From positions 4,118 to 68,117 of IMG/VR virus record IMGVR_UViG_3300033149_002876: a stretch of 64,000 bases of DNA; one strand, 5' to 3'. Source of the DNA: a virus. The notes under the pieces are model-generated. The model was not told the DNA's origin. It worked only from the letters and a program-made list of their open reading frames with translations, and did not search any database. Below, piece by piece: positions 1 to 9,298 of this stretch; positions within the stretch are counted from its first letter, which is position 1; every line of letters begins with the position of its first letter. The translations under genes and the position numbers were made by a program.

Positions 1-756
1 CTTTGTGATTTCCTGACAAAGCCTTTCCTGTATCTGCAGCCTTCTTGCAAACACTTCCAAGACCCGGGCAAGCTTACTAATACCAACAACTTTTCCATTA
101 GGGATATATGCTATATGAGCTTTCCCAAAAAATGGAAGCATATGATGTTCACAGGTGGAATAGAATTCAATGTCTTTCAAGATAACCATCTCATCACTTG
201 AATCATCTTCAAATACTTTTAAAACAGATTGAGGATTAACAGTATATCCACCATATAATGTATCCCAGGATTTAAGAACTCGATCAGGAGTTTCTTTTAA
301 TCCTTCTCTGTCTGGATCTTCTCCTATGTATTCAATAACCCGTCTGACATTTTCTTCTGGGCCAGATTCATTTGTCATTTGTTCCCAAGGAAATATTAAC
401 CAACCCGGGGGATTATCATCATTTTCAATTTTGTTATATAAAGCATAAAAAGGAATGTTTGGATATTCCTTTTTATATTTTTGCATTGTAGCTCCAGAGT
501 CAATGATATCATCAACAAATACATCAGCATCTTTTGGATTAGTGACTAATATAACAGCCTCTGGTGAAAAACATTTAATTAAAAGAGCCACAGGAATACC
601 ACCCCGTGGAATCCCATATACATATAGTTCTCTTTCCAGAATAATTTTTCCTAAATCTTTACGAATTTTATTTACAATTCCTGCTGACTTTATACAAACG
701 TCTGGCCAACTTAGGAAATATTTATTAGTCTGTGAATCTGTACTGACAGGTTCCAT
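1..756 (-). CDS. folE: Type I phosphoribosyltransferase (Gpt-like) fused to GTP cyclohydrolase I; 3' end runs off the window
   Basis: Not in the ORF track. Manually translated open frame from ATG at 756 (AAGGAG 8 nt upstream) to base 1. N-part has [18 protein letters not shown] and WLIFPWE (PRTase). C-part has [28 protein letters not shown] and [22 protein letters not shown] (FolE). Confidence 0.9.
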   Translation of the reverse strand, partial: MEPVSTDSQTNKYFLSWPDVCIKSAGIVNKIRKDLGKIILERELYVYGIPRGGIPVALLIKCFSPEAVILVTNPKDADVFVDDIIDSGATMQKYKKEYPNIPFYALYNKIENDDNPPGWLIFPWEQMTNESGPEENVRRVIEYIGEDPDREGLKETPDRVLKSWDTLYGGYTVNPQSVLKVFEDDSSDEMVILKDIEFYSTCEHHMLPFFGKAHIAYIPNGKVVGISKLARVLEVFARRLQIQERLCQEITK

Positions 757-1358
757 CCAGGATTCTCCTTTACAAATTTAATAGCGGGTTCAAAATCATT
801 ACTGCAAGGCTGAATATAAAAATGATCAAAACTTTTACTTAATAGTACAGGCAGTACTGTTATCAGTTCTATATCAATTCCAGGTTCAAAAACAACTTTT
901 ATTTCATCTCCAATAATTATTTTATCTAAACCTAATGCAAGGAAATACTCTTCAGTGGATTTTCCATGAACACAATCCATAAATTTTGGAGATACTGTAA
1001 TCCAATCTATCCAAGGCAATATGCCCCCGGTTAAATTTGTTCCATTTGTTTCCAAAGCAATTCCATTTACAAAGAATGATTTTAAATGAGAAGTTAAAGG
1101 CTCAAGATCATATATAGTGGGTTCTCCTCCCGTAATAACAAATAAAACTCTTTGAGGATTATTTACACAAGATTTTAATAAATCCTGAATGGTATCAGTG
1201 ATCTCTATTTCTGACATTTGATTTTCTTTTGAATGATCAGTATCACACCAGGGGCATTTTAAATTACAACCAGATAGACGAATAAATATAGCAGGTCTAC
1301 CTGCGTAAAATCCTTCTCCCTGGATAGAATAAAATATTTCGTTTACGGGATAAAGCAT
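711..1358 (-). CDS. queE: 7-carboxy-7-deazaguanine synthase (radical SAM)
   Basis: [31 protein letters not shown] and LSVQIH motifs; adjacent to queD/queC. Confidence 0.95.
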   Translation of the reverse strand: MLYPVNEIFYSIQGEGFYAGRPAIFIRLSGCNLKCPWCDTDHSKENQMSEIEITDTIQDLLKSCVNNPQRVLFVITGGEPTIYDLEPLTSHLKSFFVNGIALETNGTNLTGGILPWIDWITVSPKFMDCVHGKSTEEYFLALGLDKIIIGDEIKVVFEPGIDIELITVLPVLLSKSFDHFYIQPCSNDFEPAIKFVKENPGWNLSVQIHRLINIS

Positions 1359-1693
1359 GCTATGTTTCCCTCACTTTCTTGAACTGTAACTTTTGAAACC
1401 GTTATTAATCCAGTACATTCCCCTTCAACTTCATACGCAATCCATTTAGCAATATTTTCTGCTGTGGGATTGATAGGATCAATTACATCATTTATATGTG
1501 CATGATCTAATTTATTGACAACATTTTTTATATCTTTAAAATCAACTAACATTCCATTTTGATTTAATTTTCTTCCCATTATTTCAACAGTAATAATCCA
1601 ATTATGTCCATGAACATTTTGGCAAGGGGAATCATAATCTAATTTAAGTTTATGACTTCCTGCAATTTCAATTCTTTTTGATATTTTATACAT
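1343..1693 (-). CDS. queD: 6-carboxy-5,6,7,8-tetrahydropterin synthase
   Basis: CQNVHGHNW, GMLVDF, LDH, PTAENIA and ESE motifs. Confidence 0.95.
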   Translation of the reverse strand: MYKISKRIEIAGSHKLKLDYDSPCQNVHGHNWIITVEIMGRKLNQNGMLVDFKDIKNVVNKLDHAHINDVIDPINPTAENIAKWIAYEVEGECTGLITVSKVTVQESEGNIACFIP

Positions 1694-1695
1694 AT

Positions 1696-2358
1696 TTATA
1701 CCTCATATCTTATAGGGTCTTCAAAACCAATATTTTTAAAGGCTTCCAAACGTTCCTGACAAGCTCCACATTTACCACAAGCTCGTATCTGGTCTTTGTA
1801 ACAAGTTCTTGTAAACATATAGGGAAAGCCTATCGTTAATCCATATCCGTATTCTAATATTTGAGTTTTATTTTTATTTAAAAATGGAGCATGAAGAGTA
1901 ACCTTTTCATCTGTCCCATGTCTTATAGCACAACTCATAGCATTAAAAAATTCTGGTCTGCAGTCTGGATATATAGTATGATCTCCAGAATGGATTCCTA
2001 AAACAACTGAATCAAATCCCCGGCTCTCAGCAATCCCGGCAAGGATAGATATAAAAATAATATTCCTTCCTGGAACAATTGTTTGTTTCATAGATTCAGA
2101 TTCATAGTGACCTTCAGGAATAGTCCCTCCACTCTGAAGTAGATTTGATTGAAGATGTTTTCCTACTTCCTGAAGGTTAATTTTTATATATTCAACATTA
2201 AAAAAATCAGAGAGCTGTTGTGCACATTTTTGTTCATAAGAATTGTGCTTGCTACCGTAGATAAATCCTACGGCTAATACTTTTTCACTTTGTTCTTTTG
2301 CCCAAGCGAGTGCGGTAGCAGAATCCATCCCGCCCGATAATGACACAACAGCTCTCAT
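1696..2358 (-). CDS. queC: 7-cyano-7-deazaguanine (preQ0) synthase
   Basis: SGGMDS PP-loop, VPGRN, YPDCR and TCY..CGKCGAC. Start moved to ATG 2358 (MRAVVSL) after an AGGAAG SD. Confidence 0.95.
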   Translation of the reverse strand: MRAVVSLSGGMDSATALAWAKEQSEKVLAVGFIYGSKHNSYEQKCAQQLSDFFNVEYIKINLQEVGKHLQSNLLQSGGTIPEGHYESESMKQTIVPGRNIIFISILAGIAESRGFDSVVLGIHSGDHTIYPDCRPEFFNAMSCAIRHGTDEKVTLHAPFLNKNKTQILEYGYGLTIGFPYMFTRTCYKDQIRACGKCGACQERLEAFKNIGFEDPIRYEV

Positions 2359-2383
2359 CTTTCTTCCTTTCTTTTTAAAACAA

Positions 2384-3007
2384 TTATTTAATGTAAAAAC
2401 CACCCTTGTCGGTTTTCTTGATCTTCAAATTCTTTTCCCGGTTCAACCGATTGGGAAGCTGTACCTTAATGGTACTCAGCATGGCATCAGCTTTCCGGTC
2501 AGGAAATCTTTTTTCCAGTTTGGCCAGGATCTGTTCTTTATTAAGAGGCCGTTTTGAAGCTTTAAGAAATTCGACAATAGAAGCAATCACACCAGGCTTT
2601 TTAGGTTCAGATGCTTTTTTCTTTTTGGCAGGAGCTTTTTTAGCTGCCTTCTTTTTCTTTGCCGGAGCTTTCTTAGAAGATTTCTTTGATGATTTTTTTC
2701 TGGTTTTCTTTTCTTCAATATCTTCCAAGTCTTCATCACTTGGTTCCAGATCATCATCTTCAAATTCATCATCTTCGTCTTCTTCAAATTCTTCTTCCTC
2801 TTCCTCTTCTTCATCATCCATTTCCATCCCCATCTGTTTTAAAGCAGCCAATTCAGCCTTGGTCAGCTTTACATCTTCATCCATACCCTCATCGGTGAGT
2901 TCCCTTTCCAATTTGGACTGGGCTCTTTTAAGAGTAATACCAGATGAATATTCAATACCCATCTTGTCCAAAATCCCCAACACTGCTTTCCTGCTTGGTT
3001 TAGCCAT
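2384..3007 (-). CDS. Acidic-tract / histone H1-like protein with C-terminal winged-helix (HARE-HTH-like) domain
   Basis: Poly-E/D block, KKAPAKKKKA repeats and C-terminal VIASIVEFLKASKRPLNKEQIL...GGFYIK; AGGAG SD. Confidence 0.55.
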   Translation of the reverse strand: MAKPSRKAVLGILDKMGIEYSSGITLKRAQSKLERELTDEGMDEDVKLTKAELAALKQMGMEMDDEEEEEEEEFEEDEDDEFEDDDLEPSDEDLEDIEEKKTRKKSSKKSSKKAPAKKKKAAKKAPAKKKKASEPKKPGVIASIVEFLKASKRPLNKEQILAKLEKRFPDRKADAMLSTIKVQLPNRLNREKNLKIKKTDKGGFYIK

Positions 3008-3061
3008 TTTGTTTTCTCCTATTAAAAAAGTAACGGCTACGGTTCTAATTAAAAATAACTA

Positions 3062-3077
3062 TATATTATTATCTTTT
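3062..3077 (-). promoter_or_regulatory. Phage promoter/operator motif AAAAGATAATAATATA, copy 1
   Basis: Exact 16-mer also at 9104, 51480 and 61453; intergenic and oriented toward 3007 and the que operon. Confidence 0.75.
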
Positions 3078-3115
3078 CAAAATCGCGTTTTTAGCAAATA
3101 AAATTAAAAAAACTT

Positions 3116-3346
3116 TCACTTTGTTTTCTTTCTGAATTTCAATTTGCTTGTTTTCTTACTCTTAGAGGGAGTATCTTTGCTTTTCTGTTTTTTCCTTTTC
3201 TTCATAATTTTTTTGCCTTTTTCAATCCAACGATCAACTTCATCCATATTGTTCTTCCACCGGGAACAGGCTGCTACAGCTCTAATATGTTTTGGGCTCC
3301 TGCCTGCTTCAAATAATTGCTTAACAAAATCTTTAACTGTTCGCAT
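3116..3346 (-). CDS. Hypothetical basic protein
   Basis: ORF co-oriented with neighbours; AGGAG SD. Confidence 0.6.
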   Translation of the reverse strand: MRTVKDFVKQLFEAGRSPKHIRAVAACSRWKNNMDEVDRWIEKGKKIMKKRKKQKSKDTPSKSKKTSKLKFRKKTK

Positions 3347-3441
3347 CTCTTTTACTCCTTATCTTCTGTGCTCTCATTTCTAATACTTTGATTGGAGTTT
3401 CAGAATCACCACCATGTTGCCGGGTATTTCCACTCACTTCT

Positions 3442-3708
3442 TTATGAGCTTGCTTGTTTCTTTTCTTCATGGTTTTCCGTGTGTTCTTCTTTCGCTTCTG
3501 ATTTCCGTTCACATTCGCTTTCCTCATTTTCATTCTCCTTTTTTCTTTTTTCATCATCACAAACCAAAACCATTACATAAGCTTTTCTTTTACAGTGAGG
3601 ACATTTTCCGGTTATCTCTCCAAAGTTCCCATCAAAAGTATCCATTGGCACAAACATAAAAGTTGAACACGTTGGGCATTTTATATTAAAACCAAATTCT
3701 ATTGTCAT
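3442..3708 (-). CDS. Small Zn-ribbon protein
   Basis: CPTC...CPHC pairs; ATGA overlap with the upstream ORF. Confidence 0.6.
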   Translation of the reverse strand: MTIEFGFNIKCPTCSTFMFVPMDTFDGNFGEITGKCPHCKRKAYVMVLVCDDEKRKKENENEESECERKSEAKEEHTENHEEKKQASS

Positions 3709-3875
3709 AATACTTTCCTCAACAAAATATCATCATCGCCTTCACGTTCAACTTTATAGTGTTGGCAAATTTTAATAACTTCCACCTCACCATAATAATG
3801 TTCAATTTTTATAACAGTATCACATTCTTCACAATTAAATCTAGTTTGTCTACCAGTAATTTCAATATCAGGCAT
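3705..3875 (-). CDS. Small Cys-containing hypothetical protein (56 aa)
   Basis: Manually read MPDIEITGRQTRFNCEECDT...; AAGGA SD; below the ORF-track cutoff. Confidence 0.55.
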   Translation of the reverse strand: MPDIEITGRQTRFNCEECDTVIKIEHYYGEVEVIKICQHYKVEREGDDDILLRKVL

Positions 3876-3886
3876 TCTCTATTCCT

Positions 3887-5299
3887 TTAATAATACCCAC
3901 AACAAAAAGCTCTTCCTAATTTTAAACATTGACCTACATATAAACCTTTTCGAGTTGAAAAATCAGCTTCACGTAAAACAATCCAATTTAATCTCATAAT
4001 ACCAATTTCTTTTTCTTGTTCTGTTTGATTTAATCCAAGCAAACCGGTTACATGGGCAAGCTTTCTTTTATCCTCACTAAAGTTCTTAGCTGTCAACCAG
4101 TAAGTATCATAACTCATAGCATCAGCCTGAGTGGGAGCTATGACTAAACAATGCCTTTCCTGACTTAATCTTCTTAATGCTTTCCATGTTTCATTTATTT
4201 TATCCCTGGCAGAGTATTGTTCACAATTAGGTTCAGCAGCCAGAATGTCAGGATAATCAATTATGATAACATCAGGAATAAAATCCTTTTCCATTTCCCA
4301 TTGATTTAAAATTGCTTCTATCCCTGCTATATTTATAGAAGAGTTGGCATGAGTACTCAACATATGATATGTTATATTAGGCGATAATCCAAACCTTCTC
4401 ATAAAAGCTTTCCTAGCTCTTTTTGTATCTTCTTTAGTAACTGGTGTTTCACATATTATTGTTTTGTGTTTTATTTTTATTCTATCATCTCTCTTTAATA
4501 TTTTTATAGGAATCTTTATTTCACCACAATCTTTTTTGAACATAGGTTTTCTGCTCATGTATGTTCCAATTCTTTTTAATGATTGCCTTTCACTTAAATC
4601 TCCAACTTGAAATGTAGCTACTCTTCTGTGATTCATCAAAGCCAGATTTCCAAATTCATAACACCAATATGTTTTCCCTCTTTTTTCTGGTCCAAGAATT
4701 CCAATTAAGCCATCACGAACAAAAGCATTTCCAAAAAAAGAATTGACTTCTTCAGTTCCAACAGAAAACAGAGGATTTGAAAGCTCAGAATACGCGTTCT
4801 CCCAGGCTTTCTCATCTAAAAAGGTATCTACCCCTACACCCATGCCTAAACTCACCGTAGAATGCGAATTAACAGCCTTCTCGGCTAAGTCTAGGTCATT
4901 ATCTACCAGTGCTGAATCCAAATTATCCCGTAAAAGCTCCATTTTTCGCATTTTTAGGTATTCTGCAGCCTCATCAATCAGGTATGGGATATTGTTTTGA
5001 AAATTGCTATCATAATTGTCAGAAAGTTTTTCTAAGATGTCATGAATTGCTTCAACTGTTTCTTCTTTTGCTCTTCCTTTGCTAACCCAGGAATGGTATC
5101 TGTTTTCAATATGCTTGCCTGGAGCCTTTTTGTATTTGTTAAAATAACTGATACACCATTTGGCAATAAGTTTGAAATGATCCGCTTTTAATAAATCTAA
5201 ATCAAGCACAGGAACTACCTGGGAAAGATACTCTTTTGAAGTTATCATTGTGGTGATAATATTTTCTTCTAGTTTGGAATCAACTTTTTTTCTATTCAT
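3887..5299 (-). CDS. Replicative helicase (DnaB/T4 gp41-like, SF4)
   Basis: Walker A GPEKRGKT, Walker B IIIDYPD, PTQA and FSEDKRK motifs. Start may be 5299-5317. Confidence 0.85.
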   Translation of the reverse strand: MNRKKVDSKLEENIITTMITSKEYLSQVVPVLDLDLLKADHFKLIAKWCISYFNKYKKAPGKHIENRYHSWVSKGRAKEETVEAIHDILEKLSDNYDSNFQNNIPYLIDEAAEYLKMRKMELLRDNLDSALVDNDLDLAEKAVNSHSTVSLGMGVGVDTFLDEKAWENAYSELSNPLFSVGTEEVNSFFGNAFVRDGLIGILGPEKRGKTYWCYEFGNLALMNHRRVATFQVGDLSERQSLKRIGTYMSRKPMFKKDCGEIKIPIKILKRDDRIKIKHKTIICETPVTKEDTKRARKAFMRRFGLSPNITYHMLSTHANSSINIAGIEAILNQWEMEKDFIPDVIIIDYPDILAAEPNCEQYSARDKINETWKALRRLSQERHCLVIAPTQADAMSYDTYWLTAKNFSEDKRKLAHVTGLLGLNQTEQEKEIGIMRLNWIVLREADFSTRKGLYVGQCLKLGRAFCCGYY

Positions 5300-6002
5300 A
5301 TGAGATCTCATATTCATCCTTCTCTTTGTTGTGGCTTACTGAAGGCACTGATTCTTTTTTGGCCCACTTCTGAAGTACCAAATTATAATCTTTGTAAACA
5401 TATCCTTTCATCTGGACACCTTCATCAACTTTTTTAATCATATGTTTCAATTTAGCTTTTCCCCACCTTTTGAGTAAATTAAGATATTGGCGTTTAGTTA
5501 ACATAACATGTTTATATTCTCCAAACTTCTTTCTGGTGGGTTTTTTCTTTTTTATTTTTATTTTTTTCTTATCTTTTTCCTTATCTTTTTCCTTATCTTT
5601 TTCCTTATCTTTTTCTTTTTCTTTTTCTTTAAGACTATGAATAGTCTTTTTATACTCTATATATAGTCTATGCTTTTTTAATAGATTTATATAGGAAGTA
5701 TGAGGTTTGTTTTTCTCATTTTCTTGTAGAATACCATATTGAAAATTAACAAAATCTTTTATCCACCATTTCTCATTATTTTTAAATAATTTTATTTTAT
5801 GTCCAAATACTTTTAAAACTTCTTCACTAGCATAATCATATTGGATAGCATATGATGCCAATTCAATATCTTCTTCCCATACTCCTACTGAATCACAATT
5901 AGAAACCAGATAAAACCAGAATAGTTTATATTTAGGTTTTAGTTTTCTAAACCATTTATTTTTTAACCATATTCCTGTATCTATAAATCTTTTTTTACCC
6001 AT
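5292..6002 (-). CDS. Phage replication initiator / replisome-organizer-like protein
   Basis: N-terminal RFIDTGIW..KWFRKL..KYKLFWFYLVSNCD, a KEKDKEKD linker and C-terminal FGEYKHVMLT...YKDYNLVLQKW; lies between primase and helicase. Confidence 0.65.
   Translation of the reverse strand: MGKKRFIDTGIWLKNKWFRKLKPKYKLFWFYLVSNCDSVGVWEEDIELASYAIQYDYASEEVLKVFGHKIKLFKNNEKWWIKDFVNFQYGILQENEKNKPHTSYINLLKKHRLYIEYKKTIHSLKEKEKEKDKEKDKEKDKEKDKKKIKIKKKKPTRKKFGEYKHVMLTKRQYLNLLKRWGKAKLKHMIKKVDEGVQMKGYVYKDYNLVLQKWAKKESVPSVSHNKEKDEYEISYE
5568..5615. repeat. 4 x 12-bp direct repeat CTTATCTTTTTC inside the initiator gene (possible iterons)
   Basis: Four exact tandem copies; inverted repeat AAGACTAT-GA-ATAGTCTT nearby at 5631-5648. 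Confidence 0.7.
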
Positions 6003-6003
6003 A

Positions 6004-6897
6004 TTAAAATCCTAGTTCTTTCATAAATTTATTAGCTTCCTCTTGACTTAGATCACCAGGGTCAGTTTTCAATCCAGATATAATTTCAGTTTCTCCAGGG
6101 AAAGGAGCTAACCAGGCAGCCAATTTCTGTGCTTGCTTCTGAGCTTTTGGTTCTGGATCAAACATAATGAATCTGTATTTAAAGTCTTTTAATATAAAGG
6201 CCTGTTCAATCTTCCAATCAATTCCCATTATACTAACAGATCCAATTCCCATTCTCCAAACATCAGGTATGCCTTCCATAATTAAAACCATATCTCGTAT
6301 TTTTTCAATTCCGTATATCATTTTTTTTGGATCTTCTGACATATCTTTATTATTAGAAAATTTCCATTTTGGTCTTGTGTCCGGGTGAAGAGCCCTACCT
6401 GCATATCCTATAATCATATGAGATTTATTAAAAATAGGGGTTATAACTCTCCATGACCATTCTCCTGATAATCCTTTTGTTCCATCCAAGTTCCATTCTT
6501 GAGTAAGTTTTGTTGGGTTAAAGTTTCTTTGTTTTAAATAACGTCTATGAACTTTGGATAGAGATTCCATGTGAGGAGGTTTTTTAGCTTTTCTTGGTCT
6601 TGGTTTTGCTTTTTTCTTTGGGATAATATTTCTATCTTTCCCGTATAATTTTAATATTTGCTTTACAGAGACTCCCTTATTTTGAAGAACGATTGAAAGG
6701 AATTTATAAACATGATGGGAACCACATGACCAGCAATTCATATTTCCTTTTTCAATACTAAAGCCTAAATGCCAACCATAAGATCCATCAGTACAGAATG
6801 GACAATGGGTTTGAATCCATCCTTCGTGACAATGGTGGTGACCACTCTCAAGGTGGGGGATATTAAATTCTTCGCAGAGTTTTATAAAATCCAGCAT
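6004..6897 (-). CDS. DNA primase (Zn-binding + TOPRIM)
   Basis: CPFC..H...CWSC zinc domain, GYAGR, MEGIPD and DPGDL. Confidence 0.85.
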   Translation of the reverse strand: MLDFIKLCEEFNIPHLESGHHHCHEGWIQTHCPFCTDGSYGWHLGFSIEKGNMNCWSCGSHHVYKFLSIVLQNKGVSVKQILKLYGKDRNIIPKKKAKPRPRKAKKPPHMESLSKVHRRYLKQRNFNPTKLTQEWNLDGTKGLSGEWSWRVITPIFNKSHMIIGYAGRALHPDTRPKWKFSNNKDMSEDPKKMIYGIEKIRDMVLIMEGIPDVWRMGIGSVSIMGIDWKIEQAFILKDFKYRFIMFDPEPKAQKQAQKLAAWLAPFPGETEIISGLKTDPGDLSQEEANKFMKELGF

Positions 6898-6898
6898 T

Positions 6899-7048
6899 TT
6901 ATTTACTAAATTTTTTCATGAGATCAACAAAGGCATTTTCCATTGAGATACCTTTTTCAGCACACTTTGCTTTGAATTTCCTTTTTAATTCTTCAGGGAC
7001 ATTATGAATTAGTACTACACAGGTTTCTTTTTTATTCTTTTCGGCCAC
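6899..7048 (-). CDS. Ribbon-helix-helix DNA-binding protein (49 aa)
   Basis: Manually read MAEKNKKETCVVLIHNVPEELKRKFKAKCAEKGISMENAFVDLMKKFSK, a ParG/CopG-like pattern; GTG start with AAGGA SD. Confidence 0.75.
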   Translation of the reverse strand: MAEKNKKETCVVLIHNVPEELKRKFKAKCAEKGISMENAFVDLMKKFSK

Positions 7049-8426
7049 TCTTTTTTCCTTTCAGTAATTGAACTATTTCTAAAACGTTAGTATTGATATG
7101 TCTTTGAGATTTTCCATTCATTATTTCGTCTATTACCTTTCTTTTCTTTTCTATGATATTCCAGACATATTGATCAATTGTATTTCTTCCTAAGATATAA
7201 TAAATACCTATCTTATTATCTTTTTGACCAATTCTATTCACTCTATCTTCAGCTTGATCATGTTCACTTGGAGTCCATCCTAACTCAAGAAAAAGGACAG
7301 TACTAGAGGCTGTGAGGGTGATTGCTTCTTTATCACCTTTTAATGAAGCTATAAATAATCTGCACCATTCTTCTTCTTGAAATAATCTGACTTGATTTTG
7401 TCTTTCTTTTCCGGCCTTTCCTCCAACAGCAGCTATTTTTTTATATTTTTTTATTAGTGTATTAAAGATGTTTCTGTGATAAACAAAGACGACTAATTTT
7501 TCATTTGTATTATATAAAAAATTATCAATCCATTCGCAGGCTTTTTTAATTTTTCCTTCAGCTACCAGTTGTTTTAGCTGACCTATTTTTACAAGTGCTT
7601 GAGCTTTCTTTGCTCTTCTAGCTTTTTTAGTTCCAGCTTTTTTCCGATACCATTGAAGGAAATGAAGAGTTGCTTTTTCATATTCTTTTGAATTGCTTAT
7701 ATCTATAGGCAAAATTGTTCTACGTTTTTTAGGAAGCTGAGGTAGAACTTCTTTTTTGGTCCTACGTAGGAAATAAGGTTTGATGCGTTCTCTTAATTCA
7801 TCTAAGTGGCTTGCACCGGTGAAGTCCCATCCTTTTCCTTGCCACCCTTTTTTTGGATTACAATATCTAAAAGCATATTTCCAGAAACTTGAGAATTCTT
7901 TAGGAGCAACCATATTCAATACAGGAAAGAATTCAATAGGACGGTTGATGATAGGAGTACCACTCATAGGTATTATGCATTTTACTTTCCTGGCTATTTC
8001 TCTGCAGGCTTTTGTTCGTAATGCTGTTCGGGTTTTTAAGTAATGACTTTCATCAAAAACTATTACATGAGGTTTTATTTTTAATAATTCTTTTATCCAA
8101 TAGGTTATAATATCATAATTGATAATTATTAGATTTTCAGTAATGGGATAAGGAGTACGCCCAGATAATACTTGACATTTCATATAGGTGTGTTCTTGAA
8201 TTTGATCTTCCCAATTGTATTTAGCACTTGCTGGAACAACTACTATAATTGGTCTTTTGCTGGGATTGACGGCAGCCCATCCAAGGAATTGGATTGTCTT
8301 ACCTACTCCCATATCATCTCCAAGAATACCTCTTCCTTTAGTTTTTTTAAAGAACCACATTCCCCCTATTTGGAAGGGAAGAAATTTTGATTTAATAACT
8401 TTTTTGATTCTTTTTTTTAGAGACAT
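7032..8426 (-). CDS. SNF2-family (HARP/SMARCAL1-like) helicase
   Basis: GDDMGVGKT, DESH, SGTPIINRP and QAEDRVNRIGQ motifs. Confidence 0.9.
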   Translation of the reverse strand: MSLKKRIKKVIKSKFLPFQIGGMWFFKKTKGRGILGDDMGVGKTIQFLGWAAVNPSKRPIIVVVPASAKYNWEDQIQEHTYMKCQVLSGRTPYPITENLIIINYDIITYWIKELLKIKPHVIVFDESHYLKTRTALRTKACREIARKVKCIIPMSGTPIINRPIEFFPVLNMVAPKEFSSFWKYAFRYCNPKKGWQGKGWDFTGASHLDELRERIKPYFLRRTKKEVLPQLPKKRRTILPIDISNSKEYEKATLHFLQWYRKKAGTKKARRAKKAQALVKIGQLKQLVAEGKIKKACEWIDNFLYNTNEKLVVFVYHRNIFNTLIKKYKKIAAVGGKAGKERQNQVRLFQEEEWCRLFIASLKGDKEAITLTASSTVLFLELGWTPSEHDQAEDRVNRIGQKDNKIGIYYILGRNTIDQYVWNIIEKKRKVIDEIMNGKSQRHINTNVLEIVQLLKGKKSGRKE

Positions 8427-8956
8427 TTAGAAACTTCTTTAAAAGCTTTACTAACATCTTTGGAAGTCCAATCTAAAACATCAATCATATAATTTTTTAA
8501 TTTTGTTTGACTGGTTTTGGGCCGGTTTGGTCTGATACCTTCATATAATTCTTCTGGTGATTCAAAAACAATTTTGATTAGATGTTTTGTTTCTTCAGTC
8601 AGTTCATTGAAAAAAGTTTGAAACCAACTGGGTTTAGTTTCTTTTTGGATGAAGGGATTTCTTTTTCCAGTTTCGTAAGTATCCATAGGGATTTCTCGTT
8701 GAGGTTTAATACAATAAGTTAGCATTGCTCCTTTTGCACATAAGTTAACATATGTACAAAGTTTGGATCGTTTTGGATTCCAGTTGGAAAGTTTTTTGAA
8801 AACACTAAATATCCCTTCTGATAATACTTCATCAAAAGGTTTGGAGTAATGATAGCTCAGTTTAAGAGCAATGCCTGTTATCATTTTTTCGTATTGATTC
8901 CAGACTTCTTCAGGACTTAATTTTCGTAATTTATATTTACGTTTTTTGCTCTTCAT
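8417..8956 (-). CDS. Phage sigma-70-like sigma factor
   Basis: Region-2-like YEKMITGIA...FDEVLSEG...NWNPKRSKLCTYV. Confidence 0.65.
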   Translation of the reverse strand: MKSKKRKYKLRKLSPEEVWNQYEKMITGIALKLSYHYSKPFDEVLSEGIFSVFKKLSNWNPKRSKLCTYVNLCAKGAMLTYCIKPQREIPMDTYETGKRNPFIQKETKPSWFQTFFNELTEETKHLIKIVFESPEELYEGIRPNRPKTSQTKLKNYMIDVLDWTSKDVSKAFKEVSKCL

Positions 8957-8999
8957 TTTTTTCTCCGGGGCAAGAGTAATAATTTAAACAACTATAAGT

Positions 9000-9028
9000 A
9001 TTATAACATATAATCTACTAAATATCAA
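9000..9028 (-). promoter_or_regulatory. Host sigma70-type early promoter TTGATA-17-TATAAT with extended -10 TG
   Basis: Near-consensus boxes with an upstream T-tract; drives the sigma-factor operon. Confidence 0.8.
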
Positions 9029-9103
9029 GTAAAAAATTAAAAAAATTTTATTTCTTTTAATTTCATATACTTATAGAGATTACAAACACAAATTATTTCT
9101 CAG

Positions 9104-9119
9104 AAAAGATAATAATATA
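9104..9119 (+). promoter_or_regulatory. AAAAGATAATAATATA motif, copy 2
   Basis: Exact 16-mer 32 nt upstream of the first rightward gene. Confidence 0.75.
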
Positions 9120-9151
9120 TAAGAAATGTTTTAAATAAGAAGGAAAAAAGA

Positions 9152-9298
9152 ATGGTTAGAGAAATGGACAATGATGATAATTCTTCTGAAGCTCTCTGTG
9201 AATTATGTGAACGGGAGCAATGGGTTAAGAAAATAAATGGCATCCGTGTATGTCAAACTTGTTTAGATGAAATTGAGAAAAGGAAAAAAAATGAATGA
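9152..9298 (+). CDS. Small Zn-finger protein (48 aa)
   Basis: Manually read; CELC...CQTC; AAGGA SD. Confidence 0.6.
   Translation: MVREMDNDDNSSEALCELCEREQWVKKINGIRVCQTCLDEIEKRKKNE

Noticed and set aside
455-781. Plus-strand 108-aa ORF
   Set aside because: Antisense shadow of the PRTase-FolE and queE genes.
2406-3101. Ser/Phe-rich plus-strand ORF (and 2587-2817, 2686-2898)
   Set aside because: Shadow frames of the low-complexity E/K-rich gene 2384-3007.
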